64,000 nucleotides of DNA from positions 6,457 to 70,456 of the forward strand of contig NIVC01003903.1 of NCBI GenBank assembly GCA_002269645.1. Direction: 5' to 3'. The DNA is from Macrostomum lignano. Its lineage: Eukaryota. The notes beneath the pieces are model-generated. The model saw nothing but the letters and a program-made list of their open reading frames with translations, searched no databases and was not told where the DNA came from. The translations under genes were made by a program, and so were the position numbers. Position 1 is the stretch's first letter; the number at the start of each line of letters is the position of its first letter. Positions 36,104 to 48,200 of this stretch are shown in pieces.

Positions 36104-37790
36104 TGAGGCAGAAGGCCTTTTAGTTTCAATAGATGGAATGGCAGCAAAGATTTTGCGCTGCTTTGCGCGTATGCTTATATTACAAACAGCGCGAGATTAT
36201 AGAGGGGTCTAGGGAGGTGCGCACATGTGGCGTGGCGTGATTGGCTGGGGGGGGGTTTCCAGTGCGGCTGCACTGGTGCTGCCGGTCGCGTAGACTGGCC
36301 GCCACACAGCTCCCCCCAGCACCGAGCTAGACCACGAACGTCGGGGTAGCCGAGGCAGCGAGAGCGCCAAGGAGCGGGCGCCAAAGGCGGCGGGGGCGCG
36401 AGGCGGGCGCCGAAGGCAGCAGCAGGGCGCCAGGCGGGAGCCGAAGGCGGCAGGGGCGCGAGGCGGGTGCCGAAGGCGGCGGGGCGCCGAAGGCAGCAGC
36501 AGGGCGCCAGGCGGGCGCCAAAAGCAGCAGGGCGCCAGGCGGGCGCCGATAGCAGCAGTGCACCAGGCGGGCGCCGATGGCAGCAGGTCTCCGAGCGGGC
36601 GCCGAGCGGGCGCCAAGCGGGCGCCGAAGGCAGCAGGGTGCCAGGCGGGCGCCAGACGGGCGCCGAAGGCGGCGGGGCGCCAGGCGGGCGCCGAAGGCAG
36701 CAGCAGGGCGCCAGGCGGGCGCCGAAGGCAGCAGGGCGCCAGGCGGGCGCCGAAGGCAGCAGGGCGCCAGGCGGGCGCCGATAGCAGCCAGCGGTGCTAA
36801 CCTAGAAGTAGCTGCAGCGTGTGGCGCTGGTTGGTCCAATGCGGGGGCCGAAAAGCGAGACCCCAGGAGCTACCGGGGGGCGGGCTGACTGGGCCGATTT
36901 GTGCTGCTGGGCTGCGGTGCTGCTGCTAGCCTAGCGTCCCCAGCCTCTGTGCAGGAGCATCGATCCGGCTCACGGCGGCAACTGACTGTCAATTGCCTCT
37001 GGTGTGGTCCGGCCGCGCGCCCCTGCTGCCTTCGGCGCCCGCCTGGCGCCCTGCTGCTGCCTTTGGCGCCCGCCTGGCGCCCTGCTGCTGCCTTCTGCGC
37101 CCGTCTGGCGCCCTGCTGCTGCCATCGGCGCCCTGCTGCCTTCGGCGCCCGCCTGGTGCCCTGCTGCTGCCATTGGCGCCCTGCTGCCTTCGGCGCCCGC
37201 CTGGCGCCCTGCTGCTGCCTTTGGTGCCCGCCTGGCGCCCTGCTGCTGCCTTCGGCGCCCGCCTGGCGCCCTGCTGCTGCCTTCGGCGCCCGCCCGGCGC
37301 CTGCTTGGCGAGCTGCTGCCATCGGCGCCTGCTCAGCGACCTGCTGCCATTGGCGCCCGCTCAGCGACCTGCTGCCATTGGCGCCTGCTTGGCGACCTGC
37401 TGCCACTCCACGGCTGCGGTGCTGTTGTGCTGCGGTGCTGCCGTTGCAGTCGGCCAAGGCGGTTGGCTACCAGGACCGCACAGGGCCGACCAGGTAGGCC
37501 TAGCATTCCGCGCTGGGAGTCGGGCTCACCAATGAGGCGGAAGGCCTTTTAGTTTCAATAGATGGAATGGCAGCAAAGATTTTGCACTGCTTTGTGCGTA
37601 TATTTATATTACAAACAGTGCGAGATTATAGAGGGGTCTAGGGAGGTGCGCACATGTGGCGTGGCGTGACCCTCGTAGCGAGCCGGCTAGCGCGGTGCGC
37701 CACCACCCCACCTCAGCTAGACAAAGGTTGGCGGGGGGGTTTCCAGTGCGGCTGCACTGGTGCTGCTAGTCGCGTAGTCTGGCCGCCACA
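36104..37790 (-). mobile_element. Non-autonomous LTR retroelement (TRIM/LARD-like) with an internal inverted GC-rich repeat
   Basis: Direct repeats 36104-36306 and 37533-37790 with TG...CA ends; 4-bp flanking ATAT/ATAT; minus-strand PBS TGGTGAGCCCGAC (37531-37519); PPT GGGGGGAG before the other LTR; no gag/pol. Confidence 0.75.
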
Positions 37791-40455
37791 ATATATTATT
37801 AATAAATAGTCAATAGAAAAAAAGTATTGAAGTATAGGCCTAGTGAAATAAAAATACTACTTATTTATTAATACAAAGTAATAAAAAGATCCACCCTTAT
37901 TCTTAACAATATTAGGCCTATCAATTGACAAATTAATTAGATAAGAATAGAGAGGCTCTTTATAAATACTCTTTTATAAATATTACTGAGCTGTTTTTTT
38001 AAGGTTAGAAATTTAGTTGCCAGCTGGCCCTTGGGGCTCAAAATCCAGTTGCCAATGGCTATTTTTGGTTGCCCATTGGCAACTTGCCAAATTCTTGAGG
38101 ATAGATATTTCCGAGGCTCATTAAACATGTATGCACTGTATGACTATGGGAATGAGACTGTCTGGGACTTGTTATTGACATTGTCAATTTTCGCAACTTA
38201 TTATTTGCCATAACTTAGATTCATATAGGCCCTAGCACTTTTATTACACTTGCAAAATCATTTTCTGGAAGTGGCAACTGGCACAAAGAAATGAAGTTGC
38301 CAGATTGGCCTCTGATGCCAAAAATCCAGTTGCCAATGAGATTTTCAAGGGGCAAAAAACCCCATATGGTCCAAAAATAAACCTAGCTAGGCCTACTGAG
38401 GCTCTTTTTTAGGCCTAATCTTCATTTATAAAAAAAGAGCAATTGTACATAAATGTACACAGATCATGAGTGATGTACTAATGCAATGTGTAGGGCCTAC
38501 TAATGAGAATATTATGTCGTTATAATTCAAAGTTCTGCTTAAAATAGCCTAGGGCCTATAGGGATTCAGTCATTCAGCAAATGAGTGAATACAGGTTACT
38601 AGGGTAAAAGCACTAGGCCCCTAGGTTACATAGACATTCGTTTGGTTTAGTATAGTAGTACTGGACTAACACCGATATGACTACACAGAAAAAATCGATA
38701 ACAGCTGTCGATTAAATTAAAAAAACTATCAATATTTCCCGTCCGCTATTAAAACAATCTGTAGCTACTATTAGCTAGCTAGCAACATTACTTACAAGCA
38801 TACTTTATTACAAGTTGTGCAAGATGTAAGCGTAGTTTATTATTTGCTTTATAGAGTCAGAGTCACGTCTACCAAAGCAGTACCAACGGTCCAAGTTAAA
38901 TATTTAGTTTAGCCAAGCAAGTCAAAGTGAAAATAGTAAGGTCAGGGTCAGGCAGTCTTTAAATGTACACAAGTCAAGTGCTATACAATGTACGCCTAGC
39001 ATGTAAATCAGATTCAGTAAAATTGAAAACGGCAGACGGCAGTAGATTAAAAACAACGATTACCTAAAGTTTTTAAATAAGCCGCGAAATTTTGATCAAA
39101 TGCGGTTATCAAAGTTTTAAATGCTCGAGCCCATTTCAATTGTTAATATTTTTGTTAAAACAGTCAGTATAATCAATTCAGGGCTTTGACATCAGCCAGC
39201 TGATAATACAATGTCGGGGGGGGGGGGCGATTTGAACGATCATCAATTATGCCTCTAAGGCATCAACAATTAATTTGATTCCTTTTGTCGACGAAAAAGC
39301 ATTAGAATCATTTACAGTAAATGCATACATCTAATTTCATTTCTAGTATATATCAGGACAGCAGACATTTTAAATTTTAAGTATAGGGGAATTAGTGGAT
39401 GAAATAACTTTCATGTAGGTAGTAGATAACTGCTATAACTGTGCAGGGCACAAATTAAGAAGCCAAACGGGTTCTTCTTGACAAATAACCGAATAGCAAG
39501 AAGTCCCCCATTCGGGAACAAAAAGCGGCACCGCGCTTATATTAATTTACGTTTTTAGCAGTAAGTGTATACCATGGCCTCTCACATTTAAGCAAAATCA
39601 ATTTTTAGATTTTCCTACATAAAGCCGTTGAAAAGCCATAGTTTGTATTGATTGATGCACAAAGATAGAATTATCGCAGCTCAACCAATTGGGCATGCAG
39701 GCACGCGCGACTGAACGTACGCAGCTCTGTGTTTACAGCTATATAAGGCTATGAGATTGAGTGGACCATGACTAGAACAACGAAAACAGAATACGTTGTC
39801 AGCCTTCACGCAGTCAAGCGATCGAGTCATGAGAGGCAGAAAACGACGTCACAGGGCGCGTTAGAGAATAGCTGCTCAAGCTGCAGGGACTGCGCATGGC
39901 TAGGCCAAGTGAACGGCGAGATTCTATTCTCTGCCCCCTTTTCTCTCCTCTCTTCCCTCTTTCCTCCAAGAAAAACACCTACATCTAAATCAGAACTGTA
40001 ATTTGATGAATAGATTAATATCAATGAAAAGCTGATAGAAAATGCTTATAGCCAAAGCTAGCGCGATCGCGGCTTGTAAATTACATTAACAGACGCGGCG
40101 GAGTGGCCGGCAAAGAAGGACCGGCATGCATATTATATGTGCGCACTACTGAGGCCATGCAGAGAGGCGCGGTAGACAGGTAAAAATTAGAGAATTCTTC
40201 TCTCAGAGAAGAGCCAACCGTGAAAAGGAGATATATAAAAGAAACAATGCACTTGTTGAGTATTTCATTAAATATATTTTCTTTCATAATTTTCACGAAC
40301 GAACGTGCAGTAGTGATTTGTAAACGATCAAGCAAAACACAATCCATCAAACCTAAATTAAGCTATGATACAATAGCTATTTTATGATTTTATAGATGCA
40401 GCATATTATAATTAGTTTTGCAGGGCATACGATTATTTCAATTGAACTTGTTGCA

Positions 40456-41439
40456 TTAGGAATTAAAGACGAATCGCCGGAAACTGAACGTCAATCGACG
40501 CAGTCTGGCCGCCAGCTTCCCGTCTGCGGCTGCTGCTTGTTGCTGCTGAGGATGCAGCAGCTGAGGCGGTTGCAGCGCTGACGACGGAGGCGGCGGAGCT
40601 CGCCGTTTTGATGCCCGCCTGTAGTCCTCGCTGCTGGCTGAGCGTCGAACTGTGGCCACTGCAGTGATCGGTGTCGGGGGCGGCGGTCGAGGCGGTGGAG
40701 TGGGCAATCGCGGTGGCGGAGGTCGCTGCGGCGGCAGCTGCCGCGATGCAGATGACTCTTGGGTTGGCGAAGTCTCTAACTGAGGCGCAGTCTGCAGACG
40801 CGGCACCGGTCCGGCTTGGGGCGGAAGCAGGTCGTTCAGCAATGCGGGAAGTTGTATGCGACGCCAATCCTGCTGACCATCGGCGACAGACAATCCGGCG
40901 ATCAGGTCGGCTAGAACTGCTTCAACTGCATTCAGCCGGGCAGCGTCACTTCGCTCGGGACTTGTCAATGCCGTGGAAAGCGCGCCTGGATCACTTCCTG
41001 TGCTTGAATTTGCAACACCGGAAGCAGCACCGGAGGCAACACCGGAAGCAACTTCAGAAGTAATTCCGGAAGCAACACCGGAAGTAAAATCTGAAGAAGT
41101 ATCTATAGAAATAACATCAGAAGTATTCGTGCCTTCAGAAGCAACACCAGAAGCGTAGATTGCCGCTCTACGCCGCTCGACCAAGCCAGCCAGGCAGACA
41201 TTTCTGGGCAGCTCCAGTCCCGCAGGACAGCGGCCTCGGCAGAGCGGGCAGGCGTCACCGCCGGGCTGCTGACGCCAGTCGGTCAGGCAGGCGCAGCAGA
41301 AGCTGTGGCCGCAGGGCGTCACCCGTGGATCCTCAAACAGGCAGTCGCAGATGCTGCAGGTGAGATCCGCGTCATCGTCATCATTGGATAGATCTGCTCT
41401 GACTCGCTCAGAAGTTCCTAATCCGAGTTGTGACATCAT
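40456..41439 (-). CDS. Single-exon RING-HC (C3HC4) protein, 327 aa, probable E3 ubiquitin ligase
   Basis: CSIC-x11-CGHSFCCAC-x11-CPLC; then ASGV repeats, a Pro-rich region and KRRAPPPP. Acceptor ACACAG|GCAATG before the ATG. Confidence 0.85.
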   Translation of the reverse strand: MMSQLGLGTSERVRADLSNDDDDADLTCSICDCLFEDPRVTPCGHSFCCACLTDWRQQPGGDACPLCRGRCPAGLELPRNVCLAGLVERRRAAIYASGVASEGTNTSDVISIDTSSDFTSGVASGITSEVASGVASGAASGVANSSTGSDPGALSTALTSPERSDAARLNAVEAVLADLIAGLSVADGQQDWRRIQLPALLNDLLPPQAGPVPRLQTAPQLETSPTQESSASRQLPPQRPPPPRLPTPPPRPPPPTPITAVATVRRSASSEDYRRASKRRAPPPPSSALQPPQLLHPQQQQAAAADGKLAARLRRLTFSFRRFVFNS

Positions 41440-43114
41440 TGCCTGTGTGTGTGTGGAGGATTACATTTGCATACTCTTGTTAGGTACTCATAATAAACCT
41501 ATGTGTATAAGTACGTATATTTTTATAAAAAATAGTGTCTTCATTGAGTATACATATATAATCCATAGACATAAAGATTTTCCGTGACAATATTTGCAAG
41601 ACTTTGTAAGTCTTTATAAGTCATTATAAATGTCTATGGTTTATACGAGATTACACATTTTCATAAATCCCTCGGGCCTTCGGCCCTCGTACTTTAGTCG
41701 CCCATGGTATCGAACTTTAGTCGAATCCGGTGGGGTTCTATTTAGTGCTAAAAAGTAATTCGTCTATGGCTGAAATCGCATTCTGGTGATTGAATAGCAA
41801 AGAAGTTCATAGGATTGTACATGCGACATAAAACGAGAAAACAGACAGAACGGTAATACACTGTAGAATAATGGGTGAAAAAAGTAAGTGTAAATTCTCG
41901 CTTCATATTAACCTGCCATTACTTTACGTTGGTCTAGTAAATCTGCATTATAATCACAGTTCCCAGGATAGTTTTAGTACGAGTATATCATGGAAGTTGT
42001 ATAAGGCTTGGCCACAGACTATGCTTTTAAAGGAGTCGGCCTCGCACTTTTTAACCACATGATTATAGCGAGTTGCCGCTGACAGTCAGTAGCTCAGTAG
42101 TAGTGTCGGGACATGGACAGATTAATTTTTTGCGCTCTTTACAAAATCATGCAGCTGGAATTTAAGGTCGATGTGCGTCTAAGCTACTAAAATTTGACTC
42201 GTGATTTTTGCATAGAGGTTAGCATACACGAATCTCATTTTTATTTAATTATATCTAATAATACAGACCATCAAGTTCAACCAATAGACGAGATCAATCC
42301 TACACGACGCTGGAGAGGGTGGGGGAGGGGTAAGAGGGAAGAGGGGATTTTGAAAATTTCTAAAAATGAATCTCAATCCGCACCTATAATACAACACAGG
42401 AGATTTTGCCTTGGCATCAAATGAGAATGCTTGCGATCACAGAGTGGCACACCTTAGGTTTATGAATTTTGGTCTGAGCTCATGTGTAATGTAGCTTACA
42501 CAGGTACGAGCCTGTGTAAGGAAATTGATAGCTACATATACGGGTAAAGCTAGAGTTTAAATGTTACTACGATGTCTGTCGCACTAGAAAGACTAAAATC
42601 TATAGCTAATGACAAAGCCACAAGCACATTGACATCTTGTAATCTATTTCACTTACCATTAGTTGACTAAATTTTGATAGGATTAACTGAATTAAGACGC
42701 TACAGGTTTAGCTCAAGCGGACCAGTATTAGATTCGATTCCACGCGGTAGTGCAAGCGGCGTCACAAGGCCCATGTCGAGCTACATGTACAGGTATAACA
42801 GCTATAGTAATCAGTATTTAACTCCCTACAGCTTTGGCCAGAACAGACGGGGTTAAAGAATCGATAAATATTTCTCAGAATTTTCAGCTGTGTTTTCTCT
42901 GCTAAATGACAAAAGTGCGTTTAGTTAAACTGTACTCAGGGGAATTGTGTACAATCCACTATCTGTCTGAGCTGCATGTACAATTATGTAGCACGGCTGC
43001 ACAGAAGGGCTAAAGGACGACATTTCTACATTTTTCGCTTTTAAAACTAAAAAAACACTTGACGTCAATTGCTACAGATGGGGCGATTAGCGGCATTTAC
43101 ACTCATTTTGTGCT

Positions 43115-45015
43115 CACACTAATAGCTCAGTCAGCGATGTGCTCACATTACTAACTTACAGTCAATGATGTGCTCACACTAATAGCTTACAGTGAGTGAT
43201 GTGCTCACACTAATAGCTTACAGTGAGTGATGTGCTCACACTAATAGCTTACAGTGAGTGATGTGCTCACACTAATAGCTTACAGTGAGTGATGTGCTCA
43301 CACTAATAGCTTACAGTGAGTGATGTGCTCACACTAATAGCTTACAGTCAATGATGTGATCACACTAATAGCTTACAGTCAATGATGTGCTCACACTAAT
43401 AGCTTACAGTCAGTGATGTGCTCACACTAATAGCTTACAGTCAGTGATGTGCTCACACTAATAGCTTACAGTGAGTGATGTGCTCACACTAATAGCTTAC
43501 AGTGAGTGAAGTGCTCACACTAATAGCTTACAGTCAGTGATGTGCTCACACTAATAGCTTACAGTGAGTGATTTGCTCACACTAATAGCTTACAGTGAGT
43601 GATGTGCTCACACTAATAGCTTACAGTGAGTGATGTGCTCACACTAATAGCTTACAGTGAGTGATGTGCTCACACTAATAGCTTACAGTCAATGATGTGA
43701 TCACACTAATAGCTTACAGTCAATGATGTGCTCACACTAATAGCTTACAGTGAGTGATGTGCTCACACTAATAGCTTACAGTCAATGATGTGCTCACACT
43801 AATAGCTTACAGTGAGTGATGTGCTCACACTAATAGCTTACAGTCAATGATGTGCTCACACTAATAGCTTACAGTCAATGATGTGATCACACTAATAGCT
43901 TACAGTGAGTGATGTGCTCACACTAATAGCTTACAGTGAGTGATGTGCTCACACTAATAGCTTACAGTGAGTGATGTGCTCACACTAATAGCTTACAGTC
44001 AATGATGTGATCACACTAATAGCTTACAGTCAATGATGTGCTCACACTAATAGCTTACAGTCAGTGATGTGCTCACACTAATAGCTTACAGTCAGTGATG
44101 TGCTCACACTAATAGCTTACAGTGAGTGATGTGCTCACACTAATAGCTTACAGTGAGTGATGTGCTCACACTAATAGCTTACAGTGAGTGATGTGCTCAC
44201 ACTAATAGCTTACAGTGAGTGATGTGCTCACACTAATAGCTTACAGTCAGTGATGTGCTCACACTAATAGCTTACAGTGAGTGATGTGCTCACACTAATA
44301 GCTTACAGTCAATGATGTGCTCACACTAATAGCTTACAGTCAGTGATGTGCTCACACTAATAGCTTACAGTGAGTGATGTGCTCACACTAATAGCTTACA
44401 GTCAATGATGTGATCACACTAATAGCTTACAGTGAGTGATGTGCTCACACTAATAGCTTACAGTGAGTGATGTGCTCACACTAATAGCTTACAGTGAGTG
44501 ATGTGCTCACACTAATAGCTTACAGTCAATGATGTGCTCACACTAATAGCTTACAGTCAGTGATGTGCTCACACTAATAGCTTACAGTCAGTGATGTGCT
44601 CACACTAATAGCTTACAGTCAGTGATGTGCTCACACTAATAGCTTACAGTCAGTGATGTGCTCACACTAATAGCTTACAGTGAGTGATGTGCTCACACTA
44701 ATAGCTTACAGTGAGTGATGTGCTCACACTAATAGCTTACAGTGTCAGTGATGTGCTCACACTAATAGCTCACAGTCAGCGATGTGCTCACACTAATAGC
44801 TTACAGTGTCAGTGATGTGCTCACACTAATAGCTTACAGTGTCAGTGATGTGCTCACACTAATAGCTTACAGTCAGTGATGTGCTCACACTAATAGCTCA
44901 CAGTGTCAGTGATGTGCTCACACTAATAGCTTACAGTGTCAGTGATGTGCTCACACTAATAGCTCACAGTGTCAGTGATGTGCTCACACTAATAGCTCAC
45001 AGTGTCAGTGATGTG
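43115..45015. repeat. 31-bp minisatellite (GATGTGCTCACACTAATAGCTTACAGTGAGT)n, ~60 copies
   Basis: Constant core with variant junctions GTGAGT/GTCAGT/GTCAAT/GTGTCAGT. Confidence 0.97.
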
Positions 45016-45281
45016 CAGGGCATGCCCAATTCACTGATTAAAATGAAAGACAACCAGGACTCACGTTAGCTACATAAATGTACAACACAGAGCATACGAA
45101 AGAGCAAAAGCATATTAAAATTTGTATATTTGTGTTATTTTGGCAAATTTTAAAAACATCAACACATTAAAATTCTACAGAAATTTTCAGAAAGCATAGG
45201 CTAAGAGACTTAACAGTAATTGAGATTTGAAGATTCAGTTCCAGATAGACATGGATCATGGATTGCGGATCTAATGCCGAA

Positions 45282-48200
45282 TTAGAAATTAACAGTGCTG
45301 GCCTCCAAACCAACGGCGAAGCCTTCGCCCATGGTGACTGGCAGCCAGGCCAGCCGGTAGTACCAGTTGCTCACCGCCAGCAGCTGGCCCGGCCGCAGCA
45401 CCGCCTGCAGGGGGGCGCACCGGCCGCTGCAGGCCTCGCGCGGCGTCAGCTCGATCCGAATCGTGCCTTTCACCTGGGTCAGAGAGTGGTCAGCTGGATC
45501 AGAGTGGCAACTGGGTCAGATAGCGGTCACCTGGGTCAGAGTGCTCAACAAGGTTAGGCAACTGGTCACCCGGGTCAGAGTGGTCACCTGGGTCAGAGTG
45601 CTCAACAAGGTTAGGCAACTGGTCACCTGGGTCAGAGTGGTCACCTAGGTCAGAGAGTGGTCACCTGGGATAGAGTGGTCACCTGGGTCAGAGAGTGGTC
45701 ATCTGGGTCAGAGAGTGGTCACCTGGGATAGAGAGTAGTCACCTGGGTCAGAGAGTGGTCACCTGGATCAGAGTGATCAACTGGGTCAGATAGCGGTCAC
45801 CTGGGTCAGAGAGTGGTCACCTGGGTCAGAGTGGTCAACAGGGTTAGGCAAGTGGTCACCTGGGTCAGAGAGAGGTCTACTGGGTCAGAGAGTAGTCAAA
45901 TGGGTCAGAAAGTGGTCACCTGGGTCAGAGAGTGGTCACCTGGGTCAGAGAGTGGTCACCTGGGTCAGAGAGTGGTCACCTGGGTCAGAAAGTGTTCACC
46001 TGGGTCAGAGAGTGGTCACCTGGGTCAGAAAGTGTTCACCTGGGTCAGAGAGTGGTCACCTGGGTCAGAGAGTGGTCAACTGGGTCAGAGAGTGGTCAAC
46101 TGGGTCAGAGAGTGGTCAACTGGGTTAGAGAGAGGTCAAATGGGTCAGAGAGTCGTCAAATGGGTCAGAGAGTCGTCAAATGGGTCAGAGAGTGGTCAAA
46201 TGGGTCAGAGTGGTCACCTGGGTCAGAGTGGTCACTTGGTTCAGATAGTGGTCAACAGGGTTAGACAATTGGTCGACTGAGTCAGAAAATTGGTCAACTG
46301 AGTCAGACAATTAGTCAAATGAGTCAGACAAATGGTCAAATGAGTCAGATAACTGGTTAAATTAGTCAGATTATTAGTCAAATGAATCAGACAAATGGTC
46401 AAATGAGTTGGATAACTGGTTAAATGAGTCAGATTATTAGTCAAATGAGTCAGATAACTGGTCAAATGAGTCAGACTATTGGTCGAATGAGTCAGACTGT
46501 TGGCCTAATGAGTCAGACAATTGGTCAAATGAGTCAGACAAATGGTCAAATGAGTCAGAAAATTGGCCAAATGAGTCAAATAACTGGTTAAATGAGTCAG
46601 ATTATTAGTCAAATGAGTCAGACAACTGGTCAAATGAGTCAGACTATTGGTCGAATGAGTCATACAACTGGTCGAATGAGTCAGACTATTGGTCAAATGA
46701 GTCAGACAACTGGTCGAATGAGTCATACAACTGGTCGAATGAGTGATACAACTGGTAAAATGAGTCAGACAATTGACCAAATGAGTCAGACCTGATGCAG
46801 CAGCAGCAGAGTGTGCTCAGGCCTGGTCGGCAGTGTCATGAACTCGTGTCCGGGATGTGACTGCCACATCAGCAAGTGGCTGTGTCCGAATGAGACGGAC
46901 AGGGGGAGGCATTCCGGCCGGCCGAGATACAGGCGGAATTTGCGCACGACCTCCGGATGGCAGTTGCGCCAGGAGGCCGCCCAGCCGGTGCCGGGGCCGC
47001 TGCCCAGAACTTCAGTGGCGGCCGCCCGGAGCAGTCGAGTCGGCGAGTTGAGCGACGGCCGCGACCTAGCCAGGCTGTGCCGCATGTCGCAGACGCCTTC
47101 AACCGCGGCCGAAACCAATAAAGCCGCCGACGCGGCTTCTTTAGCTGACTGCGGGGCGACGTCCGACAGCTGAGGCTCCAGTGGAGGCAGCTGGGAGTAG
47201 AACGTGTGCAGCTGCGCCACCTGGGCGATGGACGGCCCCGCTGAGAACAGCGGAGTCGAACCCGCGGCCTGCCGTTTGGGTGGGGAAGGTTGTTGGCTAA
47301 ACCCGCGATTGATGATGGAGCTTTAGAGATTTTCCTATTGGGTTTAGGGAGGGCGATTTTTCTATTAAGTCTGGGGAGGGGCGATTTTTCTATAGGGTTT
47401 GGGGGGCGATTTTTCTATTATGTGGGGAAGGGCGACTTTTCTATTGGGTTCGAGGAGGGGCGATAATTCTATTGTGTTTGGGGAGGGCGATTTTCTTTTA
47501 GGTTCGGGAGGGCAATTTTTCGATTGGGTTTGGGGAGGGCGATTTTCTTCTGGGTTCGGGAGGGCGATTTTTCTATAGGGTTTGGGGAGGGCGATTTTTC
47601 TATTAAGTCTGGGGAGGGGCGATTTTTCTATTGGGTTTAGGGAGGGCGATTGTCCTATTGGGTTTAAAGGGGCGATTTTTCTGTTGGGTTTGAGGAGGGC
47701 GATTTTTCTATTAAGTCTGGGGAGGGGCGATTTTTCTATTGAGTTTGGCAATGGGCGATTTTTCTATTGGGTTTGGGGAGGGCGATTATTCTATTGGTTG
47801 AGGCAGGGCGATTATTTCATGGGTATCGAATTCACAAGCGCACCTCCGGGTCGATAATTGCAGGCTGCTGAGTGTTAATCAGATCGCGAACAAAGTCGGC
47901 AGGTCGGAACGGGCCCTCCCGGATGCGGATGACGCGGTCCAGCGAGGCGCAGTTGCGACAGTCGTCGGGCGATTTCAGCACAAACGGCGGAGTGTGCATC
48001 GGGTTGCCGATGAGGCAGAGCTCGTCTGGCAGGCCGAGCCACTCGGCAATGGGCAGAATGGTGGCTGCCGTTGCTACGCGGAGATGCTTCATCACCGATA
48101 GACTGGCCTGCATGCGAGAATTCAAGAGTCGGCGATTTCTCCTATTATTTACTACTCTCATACTGCTAGTAGTATGGGCTTGATATGTGAATAAAAATTG

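Noticed and set aside
36104-36306. Retrozyme (hammerhead in the LTR)
   Set aside because: No CTGANGA...GAAA core was found on either strand of the LTRs.
36175-37552. Many overlapping Ala/Arg/Gly/Pro-rich ORFs
   Set aside because: Products of the GC-rich inverted arrays; no recognisable domains.
43115-45015. CRISPR array
   Set aside because: The variable part is only 6-8 nt with four recurring variants; it is a minisatellite.
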